A stretch of 64,000 nucleotides of DNA from Terriglobia bacterium (GTDB taxonomy: Bacteria > Acidobacteriota > Terriglobia > UBA7540). This document shows, piece by piece, positions 1 through 9,092 of the stretch; within the stretch, counting starts at the first letter, position 1, and each line of letters begins with the position of its first letter. The stretch is taken from NCBI GenBank assembly GCA_035945295.1, contig DASZAI010000048.1, positions 1-64,000 of the forward strand, read 5' to 3'. The notes under the pieces are model-generated. The model worked only from the letters and a program-made list of their open reading frames with translations, was not told the DNA's origin and made no database searches. The position numbers and the translations under genes were made by a program.

Positions 1-186
1 GGAAGATCGTGACGGCGGGCACGCTGTCAAGGGTCGAGATGAACGCCCTGCGGGCGCCCTTGACAGCGTGCCCCGCCGCCCGCGGTGTTGTGCGCTCATT
101 TTCGTATTGACAGATGCCAGCGTCGTCATAGAGGGAATGACTGTGCCCAGCGACGGGGACTTGGAGTTGGACTGAATAGCAGCGCG

Positions 187-879
187 TCAGGTTTCGCGTG
201 TCTTGACCACGGAGCGGCTCGATTCCAGGCGCTTCTGGAGCACGATCGCTACTGCGACCACGAGCACCACTGCGGCTGCAATCGTCAGCAACCATCCGGA
301 ATGTTGCCCGAGATGCCGCAGGCCGTGTACGAAGCGGCGGCCGTAGTGGAAGGCAATGACGGCGATGGCTCCGTAACGCGCGGCTCGGCCCAAAGTCACG
401 ACCACGATGAATGTCCGCAGGGGATAGTCCAGCACGCCGGCGGCGGCAAAAAACGCGCTCGTCGGGAAGGGCAAAGGTACAGCGGTAGAAACGGCCAGGG
501 CGCCCGCACCCCACCGCTCGAAATACTCCAGTAGCCTCGAGACCCGGCGCGGTCCAAACTTGCTGCTGAGGTAGTCCAAACCGGCCTTACGGGCCATACG
601 AAACGTCAAGTAGGCGCCGAGCACCGAGCCTGCCGTGGCGACGGCGGCGTAGTAGTACCACGGTTCGCGCTGCCGTGCCGCGAGGATGGCGGTGAGAATG
701 TCCGGGCCAGCGAAAGTTGGGATGGGGGTGCTGTCAACCACTGCCAGAACGAACAATCCCATGCCTCCCAGATGCCGCAGGAACGCGCTCATTCCTCGTC
801 CGCGGCGTCGTGCTGCCGGCCGAACTAAGTCCGTAAGCAGCTCAAGGAATCGCATTCGTGCCCGACGTAACGATAGCAC
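187..879 (-). CDS. DedA/YqaA (SNARE-associated) family inner-membrane protein
   Basis: 230-aa ORF with multiple hydrophobic helices and a DedA-like layout (conserved G-rich loop regions); family assigned by recall of sequence pattern only. Confidence 0.55.
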   Translation of the reverse strand: MLSLRRARMRFLELLTDLVRPAARRRGRGMSAFLRHLGGMGLFVLAVVDSTPIPTFAGPDILTAILAARQREPWYYYAAVATAGSVLGAYLTFRMARKAGLDYLSSKFGPRRVSRLLEYFERWGAGALAVSTAVPLPFPTSAFFAAAGVLDYPLRTFIVVVTLGRAARYGAIAVIAFHYGRRFVHGLRHLGQHSGWLLTIAAAVVLVVAVAIVLQKRLESSRSVVKTRET

Positions 880-1091
880 GTTTTAGAGCGGCCCCCGGAG
901 GCGCGTCTGGCAAAGGAAACGAAGTGACAGATAAGGTCCGGAGACTGGCCGTTTAGCGTCTTGGATATTCGGCCGGTTGTCAGGTAGTGTCTTGTAATCA
1001 GAGAGTTACACTTCACGTAACAGCCATCGACCGGTTTGGGACTTTGCAGCGAACGCTGGACAGAGTTTAATCCTCGGAAGAGGTGATGCTT

Positions 1092-1265
1092 ATGAAACAC
1101 GAGGAAACCCATTCCGAGAGGAAGAGGGCTGGTGCGAAGAAGCCTTACGAAACTCCCAAGCTGCTGGAATACGGAGACTTGTCGAAGCTGACACAGGGTG
1201 TTCTGACCGTCGGCGCTGATGTCAGCACGGCCGCTCCGCATTCCAAGAACTCACAGTGCCTGTAG
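1092..1265 (+). CDS. Lasso-peptide (RiPP) precursor; leader ...PYETPKLLEYGDLSKLTQ / core GVLTVGADVSTAAPHSKNSQCL
   Basis: 57-aa ORF (alternative ATGs at 1083/1086). AGAGGTG Shine-Dalgarno 6-7 nt upstream of ATG 1092. Leader matches the lasso consensus YxxPxLx3Gx5TxG exactly (Y-E-T-P-K-L-LEY-G-DLSKL-T-Q-G), with Thr at -2, Gly1 and Asp8 of core (isopeptide ring partner). Confidence 0.55.
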   Translation: MKHEETHSERKRAGAKKPYETPKLLEYGDLSKLTQGVLTVGADVSTAAPHSKNSQCL

Positions 1266-1480
1266 TTTGGGGCAACGTCATAGAGGGGTCTCGCCGTCAT
1301 TGATCCGCAAAGTCAGGTAGACGCTGGTGCGTCTCCGCTCGTCTCGTCAAGGCAGGTCGCGGTCGTGAGCGAGTCAACGTGCTCAGATTCGTTCGTCCAA
1401 TGCGACCGGCCTCCTTGGCTTTCGCGGCCGCAAGCGTGTTAATCTTACCCTAGCAAGTTGCTGAAAAGCGTTTCGGACCC

Positions 1481-1567
1481 TGTCATTCCGAGCGCAGTGA
1501 GGAGTCTCGCTCTGAAAGGAAAGCACTTGCGAGATTCCCCATCGCCTGCGGCTCCTCGAAATGACAG
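1481..1567. repeat. Imperfect inverted-repeat element of the GTCATTCCGAGCGCAG-YGAGGARTCTCGC family (copy 1)
   Basis: tgtcattccgagcgcagtgaggagtctcgc ... gcgagattcccc...ctcgaaatgacag forms a long hairpin; related copies at 44323-44350 and 50303-50367. Confidence 0.5.
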
Positions 1568-1603
1568 CCTGGGCGGTTTTGCGGCAACCTGCCTACAACG
1601 CTT

Positions 1604-2884
1604 GTGGCGACACCTCGGTGTTTGATCATCATCGCGCTCGGTCTGGCTTTTCGTCTTCAAGCGCAGTCGCCGCGCCCTGCGAAGCCGCAGCTTGATCTTC
1701 CGGCGCTCCTGCACACGGCTGAGGACGCGCTCAACCACAAGGATTTCCCCGCCGCCGTCAGCGCGCTCAAGTCCGTCGTCGAACAGCAACCTGATTTCGA
1801 GCCAGCGTGGTTCGACCTGGGCTACGCCTACTCGGGTTTGCATCAGAACGGGGAGGCGGCGAAAGCCTATCAGAAGGCGATTGCGCTCAAGCCTGATGCG
1901 TTCGCGCCGCGACTGAACCTGGGTGTACTGCTGGTCGAAACCAACCAGTCGGCTGCGGCAGTCGAGCAGCTTGCGAAAGCGGTCAAGCTCAAGCCCGACC
2001 ACGCCCGCGCGCACCTTTATTACGGCCGGGCGCTCGCGCTCACGGGTAAGCCTGCCGAGGCGGAAAAGGAGTTCGCGCGAACGCTCGAGCTCGATCCCAA
2101 ATTGGCCATTGCCGAGTTTGATCTCGCACAACTCGAACTTAACCAGAAGCGGTTTGCGGACGCGCGCGCGGCGTTCCAAAAGGCCGCCGGGCTCGACCCG
2201 TCGCTCGCGCAAGCGGAACTGGGGATGGCGCTCGCTTGCGAGGGCTTGAAACAGGAGGGCGAAGCGATCCCGCACTTCGAGAAGTATCTGGCGGCCAAAC
2301 CCGGCGACCTCGAGACGCGGTTTCATCTCGCCAAGCTCTATCTTCAGGCCAACCAGAATCAGAAGGCGCTCGCCAGCCTCGAAACCGTTTATCGCGCCAA
2401 GCCCGATTTGCCTGGACTCGAGGCTGCGCTCGGCGACGTGAACGCGCTGCTCAAGAAGCTTCCGGAGTCCGAGAAATACTACCGGCAGGCGCTCGCGGCG
2501 TCTCCGAGCGAGGCCGACCTGCATCGAGCCCTTGGGCACACGCTGCTCGACGAGGAGAAATATCCGGAGGCCGAAGCCGAGTTTCGCCAGGCGCTGACGC
2601 TTGACCCGCACAACACGGAAGCGGCGAAGGGCCTCGCCTCGACCATCTACCTCGAGAAGCGGTACGCGGAAGCCGTGCCCTTGCTCGAAGCGCTGTTGAA
2701 GTCGCCCCAGCCTCCGGCGGCGTTGTATTTCGTCCTGGCCACCTGCTACGACCACCTGCAGGACAAGCAACAGGCGCTGGCGGACTACGAACAGTTCCTT
2801 CAGCTTTCCCACGGCCAGAACCCCGACCAGGAGTGGCAGGCCACACAGCGCGCCAAACTGCTGCGTCGTGAGCTCCGAAAATAG
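1604..2884 (+). CDS. Secreted TPR-repeat protein
   Basis: N-terminal signal peptide (LIIIALGLAFRLQAQSP), then >8 tandem 34-aa TPR units (repeated A-x-x-Y-x-x-A-L-x-L-x-P patterns); GTG start. Confidence 0.75.
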   Translation: MATPRCLIIIALGLAFRLQAQSPRPAKPQLDLPALLHTAEDALNHKDFPAAVSALKSVVEQQPDFEPAWFDLGYAYSGLHQNGEAAKAYQKAIALKPDAFAPRLNLGVLLVETNQSAAAVEQLAKAVKLKPDHARAHLYYGRALALTGKPAEAEKEFARTLELDPKLAIAEFDLAQLELNQKRFADARAAFQKAAGLDPSLAQAELGMALACEGLKQEGEAIPHFEKYLAAKPGDLETRFHLAKLYLQANQNQKALASLETVYRAKPDLPGLEAALGDVNALLKKLPESEKYYRQALAASPSEADLHRALGHTLLDEEKYPEAEAEFRQALTLDPHNTEAAKGLASTIYLEKRYAEAVPLLEALLKSPQPPAALYFVLATCYDHLQDKQQALADYEQFLQLSHGQNPDQEWQATQRAKLLRRELRK

Positions 2885-2904
2885 CTATAATTTGATTGAA
2901 CGCC

Positions 2905-4068
2905 ATGCTTTCATCCTCCCGCCTTCCTGTTGCTGTGGCGGCGTGCCTCGTAGCTGTCGCGAGCCAGTGCGCTCCGGTGCGGCTTCTCGCCCGGCACCCC
3001 GACTCCGAAGCGGATTTGCGGGCGCGCATCGAGCGCGAGCAGAATCCGGTCAAGAAGGCGAAGTACGAGATTCGCCTGAGTCGCGTGATCCTTACGCAGG
3101 CGATCGCCGCCTACGATAAGGACGACCCCGACCGCTGCAATGCTCTGGCGGGTGACTATCTCGCGCGCATCAAGGATGCCTGGCAGCTCCTGCGCGGCAC
3201 GGGCCGCAATCCACTCAAGAAGCCCGATGGATTCCGCGACCTCGACATCGCGCTGCGCGAGGACGCGCGCCTGCTTGACGACCTTCAACACCGGATTCCT
3301 TATACCGAGCGCGAGCCCGTCACCAAGGTGGCGCAGGAAGTCGACCGCATTCACAGCGAAGTGATCCAAGCGCTGTTTCCACCTGAGCACGCGGAACACA
3401 AGGGCCGGCGAGCAGGGTTTGCGAGCCTGGCTGTGGTCGCGTCCCTTGATCCTTGGGCTCTCATGCCAGCGGCGTTACCCCAGGTGCGCAAGAACGTCCT
3501 CACCGAGGATGAGGAGGATAAGATACGTGAGGAACAGGACCCCGGCAAGCGCATCGAGCTCTACATCGTCTTCGCGCAGGACCGTCTGAATCGCTTTGTG
3601 AATTTTCGCAGCCAGCCTGCGGATCCCGCGAAGTACGACGTTGGTGACTACCTCGATCAGTTGCTCGGCCAGTACATCGCCATCAACGATGAGATGAAGG
3701 ACTGGATCGACTATCAGTACGGCCGCGCCGGCGACATGCGCAAAGGATTGCACACTCTGCTCGAGCAGGGGCCGCAGCAGCTCACTGAACTGCGCCAGGT
3801 GCAGCAGACGCCCGACGCCTTCGCGCGCGACTATTCGACCTCGCTTCACGACGCCATCGACGACCTCACGGATGCGCTCGACGGCGCCACCAAGGCCCTC
3901 GCCGATCAGGAGAAAAAATTCGGCGAGCTGAAGAAAGAGCAGAAGGAACAGGCGAGGGAATCCAAAGAGCGCCAGAAGGAAGAGAAGAAACGCACTAAGG
4001 AAGAAAAGAAGCTCCAAAAGAAAGAGCGAAAAGAACACAAGATTCCCGAAGATGAGGACGAGCAGTGA
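2905..4068 (+). CDS. Hypothetical secreted protein with Lys/Glu-rich C-terminal tail
   Basis: signal-peptide-like N-terminus (LPVAVAACLVAVASQCAP); C-terminus KEQKEQARESKERQKEEKKRTKEEKKLQKKERKEH; no recognisable catalytic motif. Confidence 0.5.
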   Translation: MLSSSRLPVAVAACLVAVASQCAPVRLLARHPDSEADLRARIEREQNPVKKAKYEIRLSRVILTQAIAAYDKDDPDRCNALAGDYLARIKDAWQLLRGTGRNPLKKPDGFRDLDIALREDARLLDDLQHRIPYTEREPVTKVAQEVDRIHSEVIQALFPPEHAEHKGRRAGFASLAVVASLDPWALMPAALPQVRKNVLTEDEEDKIREEQDPGKRIELYIVFAQDRLNRFVNFRSQPADPAKYDVGDYLDQLLGQYIAINDEMKDWIDYQYGRAGDMRKGLHTLLEQGPQQLTELRQVQQTPDAFARDYSTSLHDAIDDLTDALDGATKALADQEKKFGELKKEQKEQARESKERQKEEKKRTKEEKKLQKKERKEHKIPEDEDEQ

Positions 4069-4083
4069 CGAAAGCCGTGCGTC

Positions 4084-4896
4084 GTGTGGCTCGATCTTAC
4101 TGACCTATCCTATTCCATGATCGAACAGCTCGCCTTACCCTTATCCCTGCCGCTTGACGGCGGACCCGCGGCGGACGCTGCCAAGCCCGAAGAATCCACC
4201 GCCGATCCGGCATTGGCGTTTGTCCGCGCTTTCCGGCGACTGGGAATCAAGCGGCCGCTGCCGGAGTTTCGCGTCGAGTACCGGCCGTACTCGAGCCTGC
4301 GCAGCACGGTACGCCTGCGCGACAACCTGGTGCACGTCTCCATTTCCGATTTGCTCGCGCCCTCGCCGCTCATCGTGCTCGAAGCGCTGGCGGAGATTCT
4401 GCTGGGCAAAGTGTTCCACCGGCGGGCGTCGCGCGAGGCGCGTGAGTGCTACCTCGCTCACGTCTTCAAGGAAAGCACGCGGAAGCGCATCGAGGAGACC
4501 CGTCGCCGCCGGGGCCGCAAAGTGCAGCGTCCGGCACGTGGACGCTGTTTCGATCTGGGCGAAATTTTCGACGAACTGAACCGCCGCTACTTCGCGGGTG
4601 CCTTGCCGCCCACGCGCCTCGGTTGGAGTCCCCGGCGCTCGCGCACCATCCTCGGCCACTACGACTCGGCGCATGCGAGCATCACCATCAGCCGGCTGCT
4701 CGACTCGCCCCAGGTCCCGCGCTACGTCGTCGAATACCTGCTGTTCCACGAAATGCTGCACATCCAGTATCCGGTGGAGCGGAGCGGCGCCCGGCGAGTG
4801 GTGCATTCGCGGCAGTTCCGCGAGGCGGAGCGCCGGTTTCCCCAATATGCGCCGGCCCGGCGTCGGCTCAAGCTGATATCCGGCCGTGTGGAGTAA
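4084..4896 (+). CDS. SprT-like zinc metallopeptidase domain protein
   Basis: C-terminal half matches the SprT-like pattern: LNRRYFAGALP..LGWSPRRSRTILGHYD...ITISRLLD...YVVEYLLFHEMLH (HExxH); start codon uncertain (ATG 4084 or 4117). Confidence 0.5.
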   Translation: MWLDLTDLSYSMIEQLALPLSLPLDGGPAADAAKPEESTADPALAFVRAFRRLGIKRPLPEFRVEYRPYSSLRSTVRLRDNLVHVSISDLLAPSPLIVLEALAEILLGKVFHRRASREARECYLAHVFKESTRKRIEETRRRRGRKVQRPARGRCFDLGEIFDELNRRYFAGALPPTRLGWSPRRSRTILGHYDSAHASITISRLLDSPQVPRYVVEYLLFHEMLHIQYPVERSGARRVVHSRQFREAERRFPQYAPARRRLKLISGRVE

Positions 4897-4955
4897 CCTG
4901 CATCTTCGTCGAAAATCGACATCATCTGCAGCGGAATTGAAAGGGGCAAAGAGCC

Positions 4956-5918
4956 ATGGCAAAGAATTTCAAAAACCTCACGGAGCAGGAAATCCTGGCC
5001 TTGGCAATCGGGCTGGAGGAGGAGGACGGCCGCATCTATGCCGACTTTGCTGAGGGAGTGCGCGAGACTTATCCCGGGACGGCCAAGGTGCTGGACGAGA
5101 TGCGGGCCGAGGAGAACGGCCACCGCAACAGCCTCATCGAGACTTACCGGCAGCGCTTCGGCGAGCACATTCCTCTGATCCGCCGCAACGACGTCAAAGG
5201 CTTCATCACCCGCCGCCCCGTCTGGCTGGTTCGACCGCTGGGGATCGACGCCGTCCGCAAGCAGGTAGAGATCATGGAGGCGGAGACGGCCCGGTTCTAC
5301 GAACACGCACTCGAACAAGTGTCCGATGCCTCCATCCGCAAGCTGCTGGGCGACCTCGTAGAAGTGGAGCGTCAGCACTACGCGTTGGCAGAAACCCTCG
5401 AGGCGGAGCACTTGACGCCCGAGGCGCGCAAAGGCGAGGAGACCGCCAGCCGCCGCCTGTTCGTGCTCCAGGTCGTCCAGCCGGGTCTGGCTGGGCTGAT
5501 GGACGGCTCCGTCTCGACCCTCGCGCCGGTGTTCGCCGCCGCCTTCGCTACCCGCAGCAGCTCGACCGCTTTTCTCGTCGGCCTGGCGGCGTCCGTTGGG
5601 GCGGGGATCTCGATGGGCTTCGCCGAAGCGCTCTCCGATGACGGTACGCTGACCGGCCGAGGCCATCCCTGGGCGAGAGGTTTGGTCGAGGGCATCATGA
5701 CCACGGCGGGAGGAATCGGCCACACCCTGCCTTTTCTGATCTCGAACTTCAAGGTGGCGACGACCGTGGCGGTAGCCGTGGTCGCGACTGAACTCGCTGC
5801 CATTAGCTACATCCGTCACCGTTACATGGACACGCCATTCCTCGCTGCGGCCTTCCAGGTGGTGGTGGGCGGCACGCTGGTATTCCTCACCGGCATCCTC
5901 ATCGGCAGTTCGGGATGA
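4956..5918 (+). CDS. Ferritin-like (rubrerythrin/erythrin) domain fused to VIT1/CCC1-family iron/manganese transporter
   Basis: N-terminal ~150 aa carries paired E..H ferritin-like motifs (EENGHRNSL, EVERQHYAL); C-terminal ~170 aa is a hydrophobic VIT1/CCC1-like membrane domain; ATG with upstream AAAGGGG. Confidence 0.75.
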   Translation: MAKNFKNLTEQEILALAIGLEEEDGRIYADFAEGVRETYPGTAKVLDEMRAEENGHRNSLIETYRQRFGEHIPLIRRNDVKGFITRRPVWLVRPLGIDAVRKQVEIMEAETARFYEHALEQVSDASIRKLLGDLVEVERQHYALAETLEAEHLTPEARKGEETASRRLFVLQVVQPGLAGLMDGSVSTLAPVFAAAFATRSSSTAFLVGLAASVGAGISMGFAEALSDDGTLTGRGHPWARGLVEGIMTTAGGIGHTLPFLISNFKVATTVAVAVVATELAAISYIRHRYMDTPFLAAAFQVVVGGTLVFLTGILIGSSG

Positions 5919-7741
5919 GCCTCAGCAGGATCGTCGAGCAGCCGCGTCACCACGCGGATCTTCACCCGCCCTGCCTTGCCACGTCCGTACAGCACGCGGC
6001 CGGGCTTCGCGCCAGTGTGCTGCCCCTGATCGATGACCACCACTCCGTTCACGACGACGTAAGGAATCCCCACCGGATATTGCATCGGATCCTCGAACGT
6101 CGCGCGGTCACGCACTGTCTTAGGGTCGAAGAGGGTGATGTCCGCCGCCATGCCAGGCCGCAGCAGTCCGCGATCCGTGAGCCCGGTGATCTGGGCGGCC
6201 AGAGCCGTCATCTTGCGGACGGCGTCGGGAAGCGTGAGCACGTGCTTCTCGCGTACATAGACGCCGAGGACGCGCGGGAAGGTGCCGTAGAAGCGCGGGT
6301 GAGGCCGGCCCGCGAACGCCATGCTTGGATTCACCGCCACGCCGTCCGAGCCGACGCCCACCCAGGGCTGCTTCATCGCCAGCTCGACGTCTGCCTCGCT
6401 CATGGAAAAGTAGATGGCGTCCGCCGAGCCACCTTCCGAAATCAGCAGATCGCACAGCGCATCGACGGGATCCTTACCCATGGCCCGCGCGATTTCATCC
6501 ATCCGCTTGCCTTCGTACTTCTTGTTCTCCGGCTCCTTGAGCGCCGCCACCAGGACGCCTTGCCAGCCGCCCACGCTCTTCACTTCGTCGTCTTCCCAGC
6601 CGGGCAATCCGGTCGCAATGTCTTTGCGGATCTGGGAGCGATTCTGCGGGTCCCGGAGCAGCGCGACGCGGTGCTCGCGCGTGCCTTCGAGGTACTTGGG
6701 TGGCAGGCACTGCTCGAGCCCCGTCATCGACGCGATGTAGGGATACTGGTCCGCGGTGATGTCCGCGCCGCGGTCGCGCGCTGCCTGGATCAGCTTCACC
6801 TGTTCGCCCATGCGGCCCCAATTCTCTTTGCCGTCCATCTTGAAGTGCAGGATGTGGGCGGGCAGCCCGGCTTTCTCAGAGATGGTGATGGCCTCCTGGA
6901 TCGCCTTGGGGCCGTCCGCGCCTTCGCCGCGGATGTGGCTGGTGTAGATGCCACCGTAGCGCGCCGCGACCTGGGCGAGCGCGGCGAGGTCGTCGGTGGT
7001 CTCAAACATGTTGGGGGTATAGATGAGCCCCGAGGAGAGGCCGATGGCGCCGTCGCGCATCGCCTGATCGACGAGCTGCTTCATCTTATCCATCTCGTCG
7101 GGGGTGGGCCGGCGGTTGACGTTGCCGATGACGTCGTCCCAAACCTGCCCGCTGCCCACGTACGAAGCGATGTTGACCGAGATCCCCTGGCGCTCGACGC
7201 GCGCGAAGTACTCGCCGAGCGTCGTCCAGTCGCGATGGATGCCGAGCGGCTCGAGGTCTTTGTCGAAGGTCGAGACGGCCGGACCGAGCACCGGTCCCGC
7301 CGAGTCTGACTCGCCCAGGATTTCCGTGGTCACGCCTTGGCGGATCTTGCTTTCGCCTTTGCCGTCCACCAGCAGCGTGAAGTCCGAGTGGCTGTGCAGG
7401 TCGATGAAGCCCGGCGCAACGACGAGTCCCGAGGCGTTAATCGTCCGCTTGGCGGTCGCGTGCTCGAGCCGTCCGACATCGGCAATGCGGCTGTCCTTCA
7501 CCGCGACCGAACCCTCGAACCACGGGCTACCGCTGCCGTCGATGATGTGGCCGTGGACGATCAGCAAATCGAAGTCGGGGTCAGACGAAGCAGCCTGGTG
7601 GGCGAAGTGGCGAGCGCCCGGCGCGCCCCACAGGATGAGGACTGCCGCGAGTGCCACCGTCCCCGCCTTGCGAAGCTGCACCTTCCCCGTTTTTGACTTG
7701 TGTGACACGGTATCCTCCGTCCGCCGATCGAGAAATGACAA
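5822..7741 (-). CDS. N-acyl-D-amino-acid deacylase (D-aminoacylase) family amidohydrolase, secreted
   Basis: N-terminal signal peptide; amidohydrolase metal-binding signature IVHGHIIDGSG...APGFIDLHSHSD; D-aminoacylase-like length and layout. The 3' end overlaps the convergent VIT gene by 97 nt. Confidence 0.75.
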   Translation of the reverse strand: MSFLDRRTEDTVSHKSKTGKVQLRKAGTVALAAVLILWGAPGARHFAHQAASSDPDFDLLIVHGHIIDGSGSPWFEGSVAVKDSRIADVGRLEHATAKRTINASGLVVAPGFIDLHSHSDFTLLVDGKGESKIRQGVTTEILGESDSAGPVLGPAVSTFDKDLEPLGIHRDWTTLGEYFARVERQGISVNIASYVGSGQVWDDVIGNVNRRPTPDEMDKMKQLVDQAMRDGAIGLSSGLIYTPNMFETTDDLAALAQVAARYGGIYTSHIRGEGADGPKAIQEAITISEKAGLPAHILHFKMDGKENWGRMGEQVKLIQAARDRGADITADQYPYIASMTGLEQCLPPKYLEGTREHRVALLRDPQNRSQIRKDIATGLPGWEDDEVKSVGGWQGVLVAALKEPENKKYEGKRMDEIARAMGKDPVDALCDLLISEGGSADAIYFSMSEADVELAMKQPWVGVGSDGVAVNPSMAFAGRPHPRFYGTFPRVLGVYVREKHVLTLPDAVRKMTALAAQITGLTDRGLLRPGMAADITLFDPKTVRDRATFEDPMQYPVGIPYVVVNGVVVIDQGQHTGAKPGRVLYGRGKAGRVKIRVVTRLLDDPAEAHPELPMRMPVRNTSVPPTTTWKAAARNGVSM

Positions 7742-7771
7742 TCGACAACTGACAACCGAACGACTGACGAC

Positions 7772-7966
7772 CTACTTGTCTCGAATCTGGATCAGCAAGA
7801 GCACGATGGCAAATCCCAATAAGGCCATGGCGCCTCGCCAGTAAAACGCCGGATCAAGAAACGCCGGCCTGACAACCCCCGAGGCGCTTTGGATCAGCCG
7901 AACGACCAAGCCGATGCCGATTCCGATCGCTGCAAGAACAGCTAATATGCTGGGGAGTTTTTTCAT
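7772..7966 (-). CDS. Small two-helix membrane protein (hypothetical)
   Basis: 64-aa ORF with two hydrophobic segments; no homology recognised. Confidence 0.3.
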   Translation of the reverse strand: MKKLPSILAVLAAIGIGIGLVVRLIQSASGVVRPAFLDPAFYWRGAMALLGFAIVLLLIQIRDK

Positions 7967-8132
7967 AACTGCTCCCTCCTATGCTCGGTGACGAGGCCTG
8001 CGCATTATAGTACCGCGAGGCCTTACGGAGTAGCGCCTCAAGAGAATTGTGGGTGGTACTCGGCTGAGCGGCGCTTCGAGCGCCCGAAACTCTGCTACAA
8101 TGGATTCAGGAAGAGAAGATCGGAGGCAACCA

Positions 8133-8684
8133 ATGTCCCGCCGGACTCGCCTGGTTCTAGCCAGTGGATTGGTGCTCGCTGTGCTCGTGGTCGTAGCGTC
8201 GTCGAGCGGCAATCTTCTCGCCAAGCGGACCCCTCCGCTGATCGACCCGAACAATCCCACCCAGCGGCTGTTCAAGTTCCTTGATAATTCCAAAGCGGGG
8301 AAGCTCGCGGACTTCTACGTCATCGCGGACAGTTATGCCGATCCCGCCCACCCGGGACAACAACTCCAGCGTGTCCTGAAGGTGGAGTACGACAAGAGCC
8401 TTTTTTTCGGCAAGTTTCGCGTCTACGTCAGCGCCGTCGCCGCCTTGACCCCCGGTCAGCTCAAAACCTATACACCGGAGCAGATCTTCAACTTCGGCTC
8501 GGTCGTCGAGAAGTTCGAGAAGATCAATCCCGGCCCGTTTGGTCAGGAAGGGGATTTGTACCTCCGCGCGCACGGCGACCTTCCTCTGGCGGCGGCGCCT
8601 GTCACCGACGACGTCCGCCAGGAATACGACAGGCTGGTCGCGCGGTACATTCTTCCCGGTCTCGAGCAGCCGAAACCCCATTAG
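8133..8684 (+). CDS. Hypothetical secreted protein
   Basis: start chosen at MSRRTRLVLASGLVLAVLVVVASS (signal peptide) with GGAGG upstream; no recognisable domain. Confidence 0.45.
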   Translation: MSRRTRLVLASGLVLAVLVVVASSSGNLLAKRTPPLIDPNNPTQRLFKFLDNSKAGKLADFYVIADSYADPAHPGQQLQRVLKVEYDKSLFFGKFRVYVSAVAALTPGQLKTYTPEQIFNFGSVVEKFEKINPGPFGQEGDLYLRAHGDLPLAAAPVTDDVRQEYDRLVARYILPGLEQPKPH

Positions 8685-8706
8685 CGCGGGTGGCGCATCA
8701 TCTTTT

Positions 8707-9090
8707 ATGGCTTACTGTCCCCAGTGCCTGACCGAATATCGTGAGGGGTCGACGCAGTGCATGGATTGCGGTGTGCCGCTTCAGCCCGGCGCACCACCGC
8801 GTCTGGCAGGCGAGTCAGGCGAGCCCGCGCCACCGCTGGTCAGGCTGAGGACTTTCAGCGGACCTACGGCGCAACTCGACGCTGATCTGGCCAAGAACAT
8901 CCTCGCGACGCAGGGCATCCCGTGCGTGCTGCCCGGTGAGCAGATGGCCGAAACGCTGCCCGGCGTCGACATGGTGCAGATGCTGGTGCGCGAGCAGGAC
9001 GCGCAAGAGGCGACGGATATCCTGAAGAGCTACCTGGATCAGCCTGCGCCGCTCAGCGATGACACCGAGCCGCCCGTCGAGGAAAGCTAG
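8707..9090 (+). CDS. DUF2007-like (putative signal-transducing) protein with N-terminal zinc ribbon
   Basis: CPQC...CMDC zinc-ribbon followed by a domain resembling DUF2007 (LRTFSGPTAQLDADLAKNILATQGIPCVL....MLVREQDAQEATDIL). Confidence 0.45.
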   Translation: MAYCPQCLTEYREGSTQCMDCGVPLQPGAPPRLAGESGEPAPPLVRLRTFSGPTAQLDADLAKNILATQGIPCVLPGEQMAETLPGVDMVQMLVREQDAQEATDILKSYLDQPAPLSDDTEPPVEES

Positions 9091-9092
9091 TG

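Noticed and set aside
825-1241. 138-aa - strand ORF overlapping the lasso precursor
   Set aside because: No start context or homology. The + strand peptide has a perfect family motif and a Shine-Dalgarno sequence.
1445-2812. 455-aa ORF on the - strand opposite the TPR gene. Similar long antisense ORFs lie at 10050-11378 (in uvrC), 17074-18045 (in tssK), 20266-21825 (in tssM), 45406-46797 (in res), 50578-52227 (in clpV), 54256-55755 (in tssF) and 59972-61808 (in tssC)
   Set aside because: High GC content suppresses stop codons on the antisense strand. The translations are Arg/Ala/Gly-rich low-complexity sequences with no domain signatures, while the sense-strand genes have clear family motifs.
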